A stretch of 64,000 bases of DNA from Lingula anatina (GCA_051362555.1 CM120644.1:21908534-21972533); one strand, 5' to 3'. Shown: positions 13,601-28,313, counted from the stretch's first letter. Translations and numbers: made by a program. Notes: generated by a model from the sequence alone, not told the origin.

Positions 13601-16600
13601 TGTTTACCTCCAATACTTCGATGTCAGAGTATCTACAGGGAACGAGGCCTTTCAGTTGAATATCCTCTGTTCAGCAGATATACCTGCCCCCTCCCCCTCA
13701 AACCCCAGCTATTTCCAGGTATAGGCCAGGAAGGACGGCACAGGTAAATTAATTATAATCACTATTGTAACTCAAAGAGAGTGTATCCTTAGCACTAATA
13801 AATGTACATTTTATCCATATGACCCGTGTTGTCTTGAATTTATATGGCTCTTTAACATGACTACTGTATAAGCAGACAAAAACTACAATGTTTAAACGCG
13901 ATCTTGTGTACAAAAATCTCTTATGATGTTATTTTCATCGGTGAATTTTCTGATTTTCAAAGACGAACAGAATAATTTAACTTGAATCAGAAAGTAAAAC
14001 TGCTGTTTTATGCACTACAGATAACTTCTGCATATTACATGTAGGTTGGTGTTTCATTTAATTTTTTTTCATGTTCAAAGAAATAAAAAATACTGCGCTG
14101 TTTAACTTTGAACTAGTATAACAACTCGTTTTTTTGCACTAATATAAGGAGAAAAAGACTTTTTTTACATTTTACATTACTTTTTGGACAATTGTAGTCA
14201 TAAACCACCGTTTAGATCTTGTATATCATAATCAAATGTTAAACGTTTGTCCGTAAAGAAGGCAGACTAGCCGAAAGCATGGATATTATACTTTTTAAAC
14301 AAAATATTTTTAAAGATGTATTTAAAATTTAAATTTAAACAAGAACGAAAACACTGAATTTCAAAGATGGACAGAAAAAACAGCTACACCTGTATGTGTA
14401 GCGTTGAATCGGAAAAATCTCTTAATTTTTTCACTTATAAGTGAAGAATACTTTTCCATTTTCCATTGATAAAAACAAGGACGTTTCATTTGATGGAGAA
14501 CAAATTATCAATTTGAAAAACAAACAGAAAAAAATACTGCAATATTAAGCTCTGCTCTGCAATATTAATCAGAAAAATGCTAAGAAAATTTGACTAAAAA
14601 TAAAAAAATACTAATTTTTTAAGGACGAAGAGAAGAGTAACAATGTTCAGCTTTGAATAGGAAAAATGTAGTTACTGGAAAGAGAAAAATAATTTTCCTT
14701 TTTTACATTACGAACACTAGCGTGTCATGGAAATGAAGAAAAAAATACTCAGATTTGTAAAGGTGGACAGGAAATATCAAAATGTCTAGTTTTAAAAAAA
14801 AAAAAAAAAACACTGTTCAATGTTACTGAAAGAGAAAATATCCAAATCTTTTTAAAGGCAAAGAGAAGGGTACTCCAATGTTTAACATTAAATCAAAAAT
14901 ATTGCTTAGAAATGGTTTTGGCCACAAAAGTCCCCTCTCTAGACAAATTGTTTACGGACGCCTGCATTACTGTTTTGCTTGTATAAACCAAGGTGACCAA
15001 TTAGGAATAAAGGGTTGGGGGATTTAGAGAAACCAAAAGTATTTGATGCGGCGTTTAAGTACAAATAAGCCACTAATACAGTTGATTCAAGGGCACATAA
15101 TATAGATTTGGTATAATACCCGTCTCATATTATAATAATGTCATTCATTTAGTGCCGACCACTGTTCATTCATCTACTAAGTGTTTGCGAACCACACACT
15201 ACATATATCACAATACTCAAGGTATTTGGTTTGTACACCTCTCTATTTGTGAATTAAAATAGTCTCACCTGACTGTTAGCGGACCCCTGTTTGTATGCTT
15301 TTAAATGCCACCTCTTTTTTTATCATCGTGGTCAAACAAACACCTGCCTTTCACAGCTTGTGTATACACCTGATACGTCAACCAATATAAACATCTTTTT
15401 TAACCAAAACAAAACAAGAACGGCTCTGTCACATTTTCAATAGCTCTGCTCTTTTTTTCAACAACTATGGCAATTTTTCAATAGCTCTGACAAGTTTTGG
15501 TAAGCCATGTCGGGTTTTATTAACTACTTGGTACCATCAGTTTTGTTGAGAGTGGCCCCTGTCTTCTTGATGTGAATATTGGAGGGCAACTATTTTAATA
15601 TTCAGCTGTTGATTAAAGAAATAATTACTATACTTATAACATAACACAGCTGATGATATTCTTCTTTGAAATAACTTTTAGCTGCTCAATGGATCATCGC
15701 CAAAATCTAGCTACTTAAAAACTTTTAAGTTAGCCCATTCGTGACCTATTCCGAAAATGTAGACACAATCCATCCTTAACGTTTTGAGTTGGGCTGGTGT
15801 CATTTAGACAAACAGAGGTAAAATCATAGTTTCCTTAGCGGAGGTAAGAACAATATCCTAGCGCATTACAAGTATATTCACAGACAGGCTGTGCCTCGCC
15901 TTCACTGACACAAAAGTAAAAAAAATGTATTCCATTAATGTAGTCTTGAAAATTGACGCAAATTTACAAAAAATAATACGATGAGTGATTTTCAACTAAA
16001 ACTAAAAATACACAGGAGCACTGCAAAACTGCGTTCAATAAAAGTAGAATTTTTCTAGAATGGAATGACATGGGACATGCCAAAATAAAAGAAAAAAAGT
16101 CACATTGAAAAGACCGCCGTGGCAAGGCCAGAAGTTGGTCTATGCCTCTCCTTACCCCATCCCTAAACCAACAGGTTTTCCTGTGCGCTTGTAATAGGCA
16201 TCCATCAAGGCAAACGAAGTCCCTCGGCTTGGGTAACGCCCCTCCTTTCTGAACACAGTGGCAATATCTTCAGGGTCGGACACGTAAATCATGTATGTGC
16301 TGGGCCCGAGTCTTGTCTTGAAAATTTTTCCATATTTCTCAAAGTCCTTAGCGAGCTGCAGGTGTAATTTAGATATTTTTTTGTTCCCTGGAAGATGATT
16401 TGATTAATTTTCATGTTATACTTAAAATATCAAACGATGGTTTTAACATTAAAAATATACCGATATTTGTCTCATAAACAAGGGTCGTAAAACTACTCCA
16501 CCTAAAGGAATATTCTATAAAATATACCGGTATAATAATGGTTTATCTGACCGGCTAACACACTAGATGACAGTGCAAAATGAGCGTACCAAACTTGGTA

Positions 16601-16806
16601 TAGTCCAGAAGGTTTCCCAGCAAAGGCAGGCCCTTTGGTCCTGGCATTTCTTCCAGCGGCCGTGCCTGAGGTACGTGTGTAGCCGCCCCGTGGGGTGTGG
16701 GCGGGTCTTTGATTTTGGTGGTAGCGGAGGTCGTGCAGGACCGGCCGGTGATATAGTACAGGACACATTTAGTCCATCTCCCATGCTGGTGTAAATGTAC
16801 AGGCAT
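4692..16806 (-). CDS. Cytochrome P450, mitochondrial clan-like, paralog A (9 coding exons, ~522 aa)
   Basis: Exons 16806-16590, 16387-16156, 13523-13336, 12608-12407, 11680-11518, 6319-6153, 5881-5800, 5483-5283, 4808-4692. All junctions are GT-AG with consistent phases (1569 nt). Motifs: MPGPKGLPLLG, WHDRR (WxxxR), AGVEST (I helix), ESMR (ExxR), PERW, FGHGPRMCIG (heme Cys). The N-terminus is basic and S/T-rich with no TM anchor. Confidence 0.93.
6384..8960 (-). mobile_element. Degenerate non-LTR retrotransposon (CR1/L2-like ORF2: APE endonuclease + RT) in intron 5 of P450 A
   Basis: Frameshifted fragments GNTLDLV..SDHYPV (APE), NYRPVSLLCTISKVMER, GVPQGSILGPLMFLLYISD, FADD and LERVQRSATR. 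Absent from the equivalent ~620-650 bp intron of paralogs B and C. Confidence 0.88.
7939..8383. mobile_element. Non-autonomous TIR element nested inside the LINE relic
   Basis: Imperfect inverted ends gttggcctgattgggtc / gaccaaatcaggcccac flanked by TA; it interrupts the LINE reading frame. Confidence 0.5.
10198..10425. mobile_element. MITE with subterminal tagatcgatcta inverted repeats
   Basis: Interrupts gattctgaacatagtgaatga (intact at ~10600) with a CATA/TA duplication; ends tttcca..tagatcgatcta / tagatcgatcta..tggaaa. Confidence 0.55.
10736..10873. mobile_element. Internally deleted TTAA-site (Kolobok-like) MITE
   Basis: Same AGGGATAA termini as the copies at 20936 and 43261. Confidence 0.6.
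12777..12954. mobile_element. Harbinger/PIF-like MITE
   Basis: gcattcagagcagcggact...agtctgctgttctgaatgc with TAA duplication. Family members at ~25731-25890, ~25894-25948, ~44250-44432 and 48821-48995. Confidence 0.65.
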
Positions 16807-18022
16807 CCTGGACCTCTGTTTATGAGGCGATGACTTGATGTGAGAAGGAAAAAGCTGGAAATCATTAAACAAGGCAGCAAAGCTGTCAAATGCACAGGCA
16901 AAAAGCAGAAAATAAGGATGTAGGAAGTTGGTCCTTTTTTCAATTTTGATGCAATAATAAATAATGCTTATAACAACACAGTCAACCAAAACTAAACTTT
17001 AATCATGCACAACAGGTAACATGGTCAATAAGATTACAGTTTCAAAACCATGACAGTTTAAATTCACATAAATGAAAATCCCAATATATGAAAAATGATG
17101 ACGGTGCAGAAACTAATATAATATAACATAATATAATGTTTAATGGCATAAACACCAAAACTATTGCTTATGTAGAAATACAGAAAGTGTATAGAGCTTG
17201 AGATGGATGGGAGTTAAAATTCACAACTTGAAAATGCCGGCGTTTGAAAATATCTATATAAAAAATTATAAGAAAACCCCAAAAGAAAAAATTGTGTAAA
17301 AATGGTCTGATTTTCGAACTGATTTTCGAACTCAACCTGTATTTTAGTAAGGTAGATCAGTCCTGTGAATTTCAAGACAATAGGCCGATCGATTTTCCCC
17401 TGAAATGTGTTATCTGTGTTGCGTATATGCTGAAAAAAGAAAAAAAAAACAGCCTCAAAATGACATGATCATGTTGATTTTCGAACTCGACCTGTGTTTT
17501 ATGGATATTCATTAGTTCTGTAAGATTTAAGCCAAAAAGTAAAACGGTTCTCCACTTATCTTGTTATTGGTGTTGCATATATGCTGAAAAAAGCGAAAAA
17601 ACAGCACAACTTTTAAAAATGACCTGATCATGCTGATTTTAAACGAGAACATTTATCGTGTTTGCTACGGCAACGACAGACGCAGGTGACAGTTATACGT
17701 ACAGAAGCATCTGTCTGTACATGAAAAATAGATCACTCAGATCTAGTGGGCACATTCTAAAGTGAAAAAAGACAAAAACACATGCATGGAGTTTGAGTCT
17801 CTTAATCCATTTTCCTTCAGTCATCGTCTCTGGCATCTAGATACGTACCCAACAACATACCATCTGGCTGTTATACGTAGAAATACACTGTAGGCTGTCA
17901 GCAGCTGCCCCCCCCTCCCCTCCACTCCCCCCATTCCCCTTTCACGACATTTAATGTGGAATATTTTTTTCTCAAAGCCCCAAAGCATCTTTTCAGTCTA
18001 TGGAAATGTGGTGTCAGCTTAC

Positions 18023-18190
18023 CTTAACGTTAGCCGTTACCTGCAAGGTATCCGCTAGTGTCTCGCTGTAATCTTCTAGTGAGACGTTTACGTCTCAGTC
18101 TTCCACATCTATACGGTATCTGTACACTGTCTGCTGTGATGGTTAGGATTATACTCGGGTGTTTGCTTGTGCTAAGCACTCTTGTAGAAC
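18023..18190 (-). promoter_or_regulatory. Putative non-coding first exon / core promoter of P450 A
   Basis: Block conserved upstream of all three paralogs (also ~30920-31020 and ~47013-47180). Strong donor AAG|GTAAG at 18022, stops in all frames, and a TATA-like TTAAATA at ~18215-18221. The transcription start is not determined. Confidence 0.55.
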
Positions 18191-20935
18191 ACACCTACCT
18201 AGAAGACTCCTGTATATTTAAGGCATATACCGCTACCGCCTTGCTTGTTCTGGGGACGGCTGTACCCGAGCAACAATAATAACACGGGAGCTGACCCAGT
18301 TACAATAATAGGTTTTTATTCTTTGTGTCGCGGCCTAGGCGGTTTTGTTATAGTAGGCGACCATTGTATTAAGTGCCTGCTTTTATAAGCACCAGACTAG
18401 TGCATCAAGGTGAAGGTTCACAGAATTTGACCTTATCGGGCTGAAGTACTTGCCTGGGACCCTTTTAACTTCTGACAAACGTAGGCCCCAAACCGTATTT
18501 CATGGGATGCATGCCCAATTTTCGATTTTTACGGCTTCGAAGCAGACATGCAACTCATATATGTTCTTATTTCCCCTTATCTAGTTGTATACATTTACAA
18601 TGCACATATATGGAGTTTTTTGTTAATCAATACTTCCCACCTAGTCCACTCTAGTTGAGATGCACACGTATTTGATTGACAGTAATATAGTAGTTTAGAT
18701 CAATAAAAAGCTATAGATCAATCACTCTTTAATAGTTCTTCGCTCCCAGAAAGTACTCTCCCTATAGGGCTAAATACAATGTGGCTTGCAGTGGGTAAAC
18801 AAACGGGAAAACAAGGTAGCAAATCTGTCAAATGTACAGACACATAGCAGAAAATAAAAACGCACAAAATAGTAAAACGGTTTTCCACTTATCTTGTTAT
18901 TGGTGTTGCATATATGCTGAAAAAATTATCTGATGCAATTATATATTATAATTAACTTCAAAGTCAGCATCAAATTTCAATCATGCACAACAGTTAATAC
19001 CGATTTAAGTAAAATGTGTAACAAGCAAAATGCTTCAGGCTCATGAGAGTTCAAGTTCACACTTGAAAATTCTAGAATGAGAAAAATGAAAATTTCACAA
19101 AATTGCACATATTAAAATAGATAATCCAACAGAGATAATTTGAGCTTTATGTTAATCTTTAGAATAAATTCTTGTAACTTAAACACAGTTTTCCTTCCAG
19201 AACATTTGTGGTGGCAGTGGACAAAGAAGTTTACTTTGTAAATTTTGATGCAGTATTTCATAATCATTAATGGTATAATTACCACCAATTTTTAATTATC
19301 TACTAAAAATAGCATGCACATTTAGCAAAAGTGAATTAGACTGCTTTTCCAACCCAGGCTGCATTTTTAGTGCTGTGATTCTTCTTTGCAAGTTTGAGAA
19401 TCATAATTAAAATGGTTTTCCTTTAATGGTCATGATAGGGACAATTTCCAAAATAGGGTTTTCTTTATTTTGATGCAATATTACATAATGCTTAACAACA
19501 TAATGACCATCAACTTTTAATTATAATAGAAAAGTATCATGAATATTAAAAAAATGTGACTAGCAAAAGTCTTCAAGTCCATAGAAGTGTAAAGTCACAC
19601 CTTGAAAATGCCAATATGTGAAAAATGAAAGTTTCACAAAAATGTTTAACATCCAGAAAAATCAACCAATCGGACTGGTTTTCAAACTGACGCTGAAAGT
19701 TAGTCTTTTTTCTTTCCTGTAAGTTTGAGAAGAGTTACTGACATAGTTTTCCTTTTTATGGTGACTATGGCAGCAATGCCTAAAATAGGTTTCTTCAATT
19801 TTGAAACAATATTACCGAATGCTTAACAGCATAATCACCACCATTATTTAATAATGCACTGCAGGTCACATGGATATTTAGAAAATGTGACTATAGCAAA
19901 GGTCTTCAGGCCCATGGAATATCAAAGTCACACCTTGAAAACGCCAAAATGGAAACAAGAGATAACTGTATTAAAATGAGTTTATTTCTATTTTAACACC
20001 TTTTTTACATAAAACAAAAAAGAAAAAAAAAAAAAACAACAACATTTACTTCCATTTTTATATGAACAACTTAGAAAATTGTTAACATGAGAAAAAATAT
20101 CAATAACAATTACAATGTCTAATTTGCTCCATTCTGAGATTATGAATATAGGGAATGATTAAATATGACAAACTGCAATGACGTGAGATTTTTTTCACAC
20201 TTTATTACACCATACACGATGGCAGGTTTACCATCATTTTTATATAATCAACTAACAATGTTATTAAGATGCAGAAAATGTCAAAGAACACTTTTACGTA
20301 TCTAATTAGTTCAATAATAAGACTGTTAACATGCCTTAGAATTAAGTCCAATTAAAAAACACTTATACAAAAAGCATAACTTCATCAAAACTGCACCGAT
20401 CAAGTTGATTTTTAAACCCAACCTGTATTTTAGTAAGATTGATCTCTCCTGTAGGTTTGAAGACAATAGGCCGATCAGTTTTCCTTGAAATGTGTTATCA
20501 GTGTTGCATATATACACTGAAAAAGTGAAAAACAGAATAACTTTTGAAAAAAAAATGTCCCGATCATGCTAATTTTCGAACTCGACTTGCGTTTTTTGCA
20601 TATTCATTAGTTCTGAAGCCAAAGGGTAACGATGGCAACGGCGACGATAGACGCAGGCGTCGGCTATATGTGCCAGAGATCATTTTCTTTCTTTGTTGTC
20701 TTTTAAGACAATATATTAATATAAACATAGTTAAAACATAGTTAAAACTAGCACAATATGGACCAAATTGTGGAGAGTGCAACAATCAGATTTAGACAGA
20801 AAGTGAGGGTAAATACTTCTTTCCTGGTCAGAGATCACTAAGTGCTCACTGCAAACTTGATAACGTGACTCTTTCAACCGGAGCGCGTTATTTAATTTTA
20901 TTTAACCCTTTGATTAACAAGTTATAAATATTTAA

Positions 20936-21272
20936 AGGGATAATAACTATTCGTTTTGGCCAAAAAATGAATTTTTCTGGCGTAAACAACAATTTCCCAT
21001 ACTTACCAATGGTTCATGAATCCATTTTACTTTCAAAGTTAGTCCCTGTTTTTTTTTTCTAAAAAGTTTGGTTTTTTGTTAAAATCTCTTAAGAGATTAT
21101 AACAAAGTATAGCCATCAATGGAAGTCACGTAGTCTGAGGACAAGCTCAGAAGTCAGAATAATAGCTATAACTGCCGTTTTTGTGGTAAAACAGAATGTA
21201 TTATATTTCTATGAGTTGTTCACAATGTTTTCATTGTGAAATATAGATCTCATACAAAGAGTTATTATCCCT
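20936..21272. mobile_element. Kolobok-like MITE (AGGGATAA TIR, TTAA TSD)
   Basis: ttaa|agggataataact...agttattatccct|ttaa. The empty site (catttaactaat) is seen at ~31835 in the paralogous unit. Confidence 0.75.
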
Positions 21273-21822
21273 TTAAATAATCGAAGTGTACAACACAAGA
21301 ATAAAACAATTAAAATTAATTTTATGCATTCAGAGATATAAACACGACTGAAGATACACGTGTCTAATATATATCAATGAAAGTGACAGAAACGATTTTT
21401 ACAAAGATTTCTTTAAAAAACTCCACAGGCTTGAATACGAGTTTTATATTACATTTGTGCTCAGACCTCTAAGATAATAGACTAAGACATTCATGTATTT
21501 TAATAATAATAATCTTTAAAACACCTTATTACACATTGCTAATTTATTTTACAAAATAGAAATAAGAAAGAATAAACTATGTACATATTTGAGTTATAAG
21601 GGATAATTATACAATGTTTGGAACACAATTAATATTAAAATAAAGGAAAAAGAATGAGACGAGAAAAACAAACCAATTTTACAACCCTGTACCCTGCATA
21701 TTATGGTTAAAACGTCTAATTTCGCTTCGCTCTGTGATTTTTCTTTTACATTGCCCCTCTCCCCTTAGCGATAGCCTGGGTAAGTCAGGGCCTTTAAATA
21801 CCAAAGTGAAACGTACAGTTCG

Positions 21823-24512
21823 TCAGTGCTTTTCCTGCAGAACATTGTTGCTTCTTGGTGTGACTGTTAGACCAAGAGGTTCGTCTGGTTTCCCAAATGA
21901 AGTATACGTGATTCCGATGTCCTCCGAGCCCGTGTGTTGTATCGTGAAATTCTGGACAAGCTGAAGAGAGAAAGATAATGGAATGGTGGAATAAAAAGGT
22001 AAACAATCCGCGTTTGAAAGTGTCCCCAAAACACGAATTCTATCTCTACATTTCCTGCATGAATCGTAGCAATAACGTAGCAATAAGGAATGGTATAAAA
22101 CACGGATTCATGTACAGAGGCTGGACGGTGATTCGTGAGTAGAAGAAATTTCAATTTTTCCGGGAAAATCTGGGAAGGATTCCTTTATAAAGTTAAGATG
22201 ATTGCCCATGCGCAAACAAGGGCTTGTTGAAGAATAAGATCATATCAAATAAATACCTAATGAATTATATCCACATATCTAAGTAAGATCAAGTGAATTA
22301 CGTTGTTTTCTTGTTTAAATCTGAAGGAGACTCCGAGAATGTTGCAGAAAAAAAAGTGTTTGTATGTATAGCAAAGAGGGAGAGAGTGAGAAGAGAGGGA
22401 GAGGGGGAGGAAAGAAAAAGAGAGAGAGAGAGCGAGAGAGGGGGAAAGAGGGGGGAGAGAGAGGGAAGAGAGAAAAAGAGAGCAGAAAGACAGAGACAGA
22501 GAGATTGGGGTTAATACCTTGCTGACAGCAATGTACATCTGCTGTTCCGCGAACCGTTTCCCTAAACACATTCTGGGGCCGTGGCCGAAGGGCAGCATGA
22601 GGAAAGGGTGTGGCTGCACGTTGTCCTCCTTCATCCAGCGTTCAGGAGAGTAGGTGTGAGGGTTAGGAAAGTACTCGGACTGTAAGCACGATATGTTGTT
22701 ACAGTTTATCACACAGGTCTGAAAGAAAAAATAAAGTAATGATCAGTCACGTGACTGAGCATGACATATCACCCAAACTTTAGATTAACCACCGCTACCT
22801 CCTTAAAACAGACAGGCAAATTGTTAAAATTAGAAATTTACGTTAAAACTGAACTTTGTAAAGTTGAGAATGTCATACTCCAATAGGAGCACTTAAGTTG
22901 TGGCGGTTTAAGTAAGTATTAAAACTTTTTTCTTAAGAAAATGGTTAATTTGGCTTCTAGTCTAATTTGAGATCAGACCACGCTTGCAACAATATTATGT
23001 GACAATAGATATCCACAAACCCCTTTTGGTACTAGGTAACCTCCCAGAACAGCGTCTTCGGCCAGGATTCTCGAAGCTGCTATCACTACAGGGAAGTATA
23101 ACCTGAAAAAACAAACTTACATATTCTGCAACAAAATTTTAAAGAAGATATGAACTGATCGTTACAACTATATTCAAACACTAGACGGAGATTAGAAAAC
23201 TCTTTAACGTACACACAATAAAAGTAGTTTCTAAGTCCTTTTAAAATATTATAATTGTCACTATGGACTGGGCTTAATGGGCTCGGCTGGGCTATATCTA
23301 TATAATATGTCCCTTCAAATTATCTTCTACCACCAAACAATATCAAAAATAACTTATGAACCCGTAAAATACATGTAGTAAGAGAATTATTGCACGTATA
23401 TGTAGGTCAAACGCTAAAAAAAAATAAAATAAAAATAAAAATAAAATAAATAATAATAAAATAATAATAATAATAATAAAAATGGCAAAATTATGTCCAC
23501 TTTCAAAATGGCGGATGGCGTCCATCTTGAATTTGAGACACCAAATGTCAGGCAATTGTTTCCATAAATGGGTTCCTGGTAATTAAGTCAGGTTTGATAA
23601 TATACGTTTTTAGTCATAAAAGTGAAGCTAATATGATATATCATATTTTTGTATCTAATTATGCTAATTATGTAAATTATGCAAATTTATGCATCAATAG
23701 AAGTATCTCTATGGATAAAAAAATGTCATTTGGCCAAGGAACATTAATGCCAAGTTACTCATTTGTACTACAAATGCAGCGTTTGGCTTACTACCCAGAA
23801 AAATGTAGATAAAGGTATATCATTTTTACGATTTCATTGCATACCTCATAGACTCTTTCACACACGCTTTCATATAGGGCAGACGATTGAGGTGTTCGGT
23901 GGTCATGTGACCATCTCTCGGCAACACTCGGGTCACTTCGGCCCTTAATTTGTCTTGTTTGTCTGGGCTGCGGGCCAAATTGTACAGTAAAAAGGCCAGG
24001 CTGTTCGAGGTCTGAAAAAGAGAGCAACAAAAAATACAAGTAGACACAAAGCCTAACTTACAAGTAAGTAAGGCCAAAGCTACGCAGGAAAACAGGACAT
24101 ATTCCGTCATGACATGTTGATAGTAAAGAGGGTATAGAGAAATTCAAAATGAATATACAGTAATATCTTTCTCGTCTCTACTACCTATGTTGGGGTGTGT
24201 CTGTTTTTCCGGGGGGGGGGGGGGGGGAGGGGGTGTAGGGAAGAGGGACTTACCACCAATATGTTAAGTGAAGAAAGGTAACATGGGAAGAAGCCTTGGG
24301 GATGCATCTAGCATACGTTTATCCTGACGCTCTCTTTCCGTATTATTTCGGCTCCTTTTAAACATTTTTGTGTATTACACGTAAAATAGTCGGTTTCAAT
24401 GTCAGCTTTCGACTCCATATCAAACATTTAATTTCTCACAGCTGAATGGTCGTGTTAATGATAAACGCCCCATTCAAAGACAATATGATATCGTAAAGGG
24501 AAACTGTCGAAT

Positions 24513-24549
<37 letters not shown>

Positions 24550-27500
24550 GTTATACGATTTGCTGTCATAAGTATTTCCTTAAGTATCCTCAGAAATATA
24601 ACTTAAAGCACTTCAAACAAACTGACAAAATAAAAAAATATTTGGAAATGGTTTACAAGTCACCGATTCTACTCCTGCTACAAAGAGTGCTGCGGCGGAA
24701 TTCGAGGCGTTTTCAATGGATTCGCCGTCCTTGACAAGGTCGGTAATGAAATGATGCGGACTGTCTTCCGTTGTCCTCAACTCGGCATTTTTCGCAAGAC
24801 TCTTTTCGACAAGATCCGCTGAAAATCTGAAACAAATAAAACAAAGATTAAATGAACTGCATGTAGGATAACTGAAGTCATGTTATAAAATCAACAAATA
24901 GCCAAAGGGATTCGTATTTTGATTGTGATATATTTTTACCTTAATTACTTAATTTCGTATTATTTTTCAACGATAACCCTTGGTAGGCCTTAGGGTGTTT
25001 TTTTTAATAAATTTCTTCCTTAAATGTAATATGTTATGTTTATATCAGAGTATAAAGAAATTCCTCTCCTATCTCGTTCACATAACAAAGATTAAAATTT
25101 TATTTTCTTTGTAGTGTTGGAGTATCTCCCTTGTTCTTTTGCTAATTTGTTAGATGAAAGTCTTAATTCTGCAGGGAATCCCCCATAACTGAGGCATGGG
25201 CTTGGGTAGATCATATTGTATTGTAAAATCACCTGTCAATTTTGGTCTGAATTTCAATTTTAATCTTTCCTCAATCACGGCGGTCACCAAATATTCTAAA
25301 TTGAAAATATTTGCTCCCACAACTGATCCCATTGAGTGCGTGTAAAAGGTTCTGTCATACCCCTGTACTTACTGTAAGATAAAGGAGTACACTTTCACAA
25401 ACCGAGCATAGAGAGGCGTTGGAAACCACTTAAAGAGCGGAAAAGAGAAGATGGTATCGGCCAGCAGGGCAAACAACTCTTCGTTCTTCTGAATAAACAT
25501 TCGCTCCTTGGCATCGTGTTGCAATTTAGCTCCGAGCACGTTGAGTCGCATATTAAAACATACATTTCCAATCGCTAAAAGGTAGGCAAATAAAAATGAG
25601 GTGATTAAAAAAGGAAAAAAAAAGTGAAATAAAATAATTTGACTCCAACCTGAACAAGAAACATTTTCTGAAATGGAAATAGCTACCAATAAGCAATACT
25701 AAAAGTGACTACATCCTCAAATGTTGACTAAGGCTCCATTCAAAATAAGGGACTAATTAGTATGAAGGTAAAATATGTCTGACCACTTCATTACTTCCCC
25801 AGTGTCCATTAGCAGATTAGACGGCAAGCTTTGTGGTGGGTCGCCATATTTGATCCACGGGCTAGTTAGTCCCCTTTTCTGAATGGGGCCAAAGAGCGCA
25901 TTCAGAACAGCAAACTAACAGATCCGCGATCAAATATGGCGACCCACAGGCTGTGCAAAAACATATTAACATTAAAGTGTTATATCATAAAACTGGCGGA
26001 AGAAACGTTCCTTTATATATTCACTTTTCAATTCAGTCACGGTTCATTCTTTATTTCAAAACATGTAGGTACGCATTTGCTTTTGCAACATTAAAACGTG
26101 TGTGAAGAGAAGCTTACATTCCATGACGTACTGCACCAGTTCCTCCTGAATATCGAGCTCTGTCTTTTCCTCGGCCATCTTCCGCAGGTAAGCCACAAAG
26201 TCATCTGTGACTTGGGACTGCATACTTAGGTAGAGCTGCACGGCTTGGGGGCGGAGCATTTTCTTCTGGGTCGTCGTACGTCGGTCATGCCACTGTTTGC
26301 CATCTCTTGAAAGAGAAACTAAAATGTTTTCACTGACTAAAATCTAGAAAGACACGCAGGGAGTGCATGCCTACCACTACGTCAAGACAAATAAGCTAAA
26401 ATATGTGATTGTTTACTTTTCTGATTTTCAAAGGAGAACAGAAAACTTGATTCTAAAAGTAAAACTGTTGTTTCATGCACTAAAGATAACAATACTTCTG
26501 CATATTAGGTTGATGTTCCATTCAATTTTTTGGTATACAAAAAATGAAAAAATATTACACTGTTTAACTTTAAACAGATATAAAAACTCCTTTCTATCCC
26601 TAAGGAAAAAATACTTCTACAGATTACATTGGTGTTTCATTTTCAATGGGAAGTTTCTCTGATATTCAAAGACGAACAGGAAAAAACTGCACTGTTAAAC
26701 TTAAAACTGTCGTTTCTTGCACCAAGGAGAAAAAAAATTTTACATTTTACATTACAACTTAGACAATGCTAATCATAAATCACCGTATAGATCTTGTATA
26801 TGAGAATCAAGCGTTAAATTTGTGTCCATGAAGAAGGCTGACTAGCCGAAAGCATAGATATTATACTTTTAAAACAGAATATTTTTAAAGATGTATTTTA
26901 ATTTTAAATCTAAACAAGGAAAACACCGATTTTCAAAGATAGACAGAAAAAAAAAATACAGCTATGTGTAGCGTTGAATCAGAGAAAACTCTTACTTTTT
27001 TTTTACTTTGAAGTGAAGAATACTTTTCCATTTTACATTGAAAAAAAAAAGACGTTTCATATGAACGAGAAAAAATAATTAGTTTTAAAAATAAACAGAA
27101 AAATACTGCAATATTAAGCTTTTAAATAGAAATATTCTGAGAAATTTTGTCTTGAAAGAAAAAATACTCATATTTTTTAAAAACGAAGAGAAGAGTACCA
27201 ATGTTTAGCTCTGAATCTGGAAAATGTTATATGCCTCTACTTACCCCATTCCTAAAGTTAAAGGTTTTCCTGTGCGCTTGTAATAAACATCCAGCAAGGG
27301 TATCGAAGCCCCGCGGCTTGGGTAACGGCCCTCCTTTCTAAACACAGTGGCAATATCTTCAGGGTCGGACACATAAATCATGTATGTGCTGGGTCCGAGT
27401 CTTTCCTTGAAAATCTTTCCATATTTCTCAAAGTCCTTAGCGAGCTGCAGGTGTAATTTAGATATTTTTTTGTTCCCTGGAAGATGATTTGATAAATTTT

Positions 27501-27895
27501 CATGTTATACTTAAAATATCATACGATGGTTTTAACATTAAAAATATACCGATATTTGTCTCATAAACAAGGGTCGTAAAACTACTACACCTAAAGGAAT
27601 ATTATATAAACTATACCGGTATAATAATGGTTTATCTGACCGGCTAACACACTAGACGACAGTACAAAATGAGCGTACCAAACATGGTATAGTCCAGAAG
27701 GTTTCCCAGCAAAGGTAAGCCTTTTGGTCCTGGCATTTCTTCCAGCGGCCGTGCCTGAGGTACGTGTGTAGCCGCCCCGTGGGGTGTGGTCGGGTCTTTG
27801 ATTTTGGTGGTAGTGGAGGTCGTGTAGGACCGGCTGGTGATATAGTACAGGGCACATTTAGTCCATCTCCCAGGCTGGTGTAAATGTACAGGCAT
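21823..27895 (-). CDS. Cytochrome P450, mitochondrial clan-like, paralog B (9 coding exons, ~529 aa)
   Basis: Exons 27895-27679, 27476-27245, 26305-26118, 25574-25373, 24826-24664, 24011-23845, 23102-23021, 22718-22518, 21960-21823. Same exon sizes and phases as A except a longer last exon; no internal stops found. FGHGPRMCLG heme motif; C-terminus extended (…TPRSNNVLQEKH*). Confidence 0.92.
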
Positions 27896-28309
27896 CTTGG
27901 ATGAGGAGATGACTTGAAGTAAGAAGGGAAAAGCTGGAAATCATTAAACAAGGCAGCAAAGCTGTCAAATGCACAGACAAAGAGCACAAAATAAGGATGT
28001 AGAAAGTTTGTCATTTTGTCAATTTTGATGTAAAAATAAATAATGCTTATAACAACACAGTCAACCAAAATTAAACTTAAATCATGCACAACAGGTAACA
28101 TGGTCAATAAGATTACAGTTTCAAAACCATGACAGTTTAAATTCACATAATAAAAATCCCAATATGTGGAAAATGTTGACAGTGCATAAAATGATATAAC
28201 AATGTTTAATTACATAAACCCCAGTACTACCGCTTATGTGGAAATACAGAAAATGTTTATAGCTTTAGGTGGATGGGAGTTAAAATTCACATTTTGAAAA
28301 TACCAGTGT

Positions 28310-28313
<4 letters not shown>

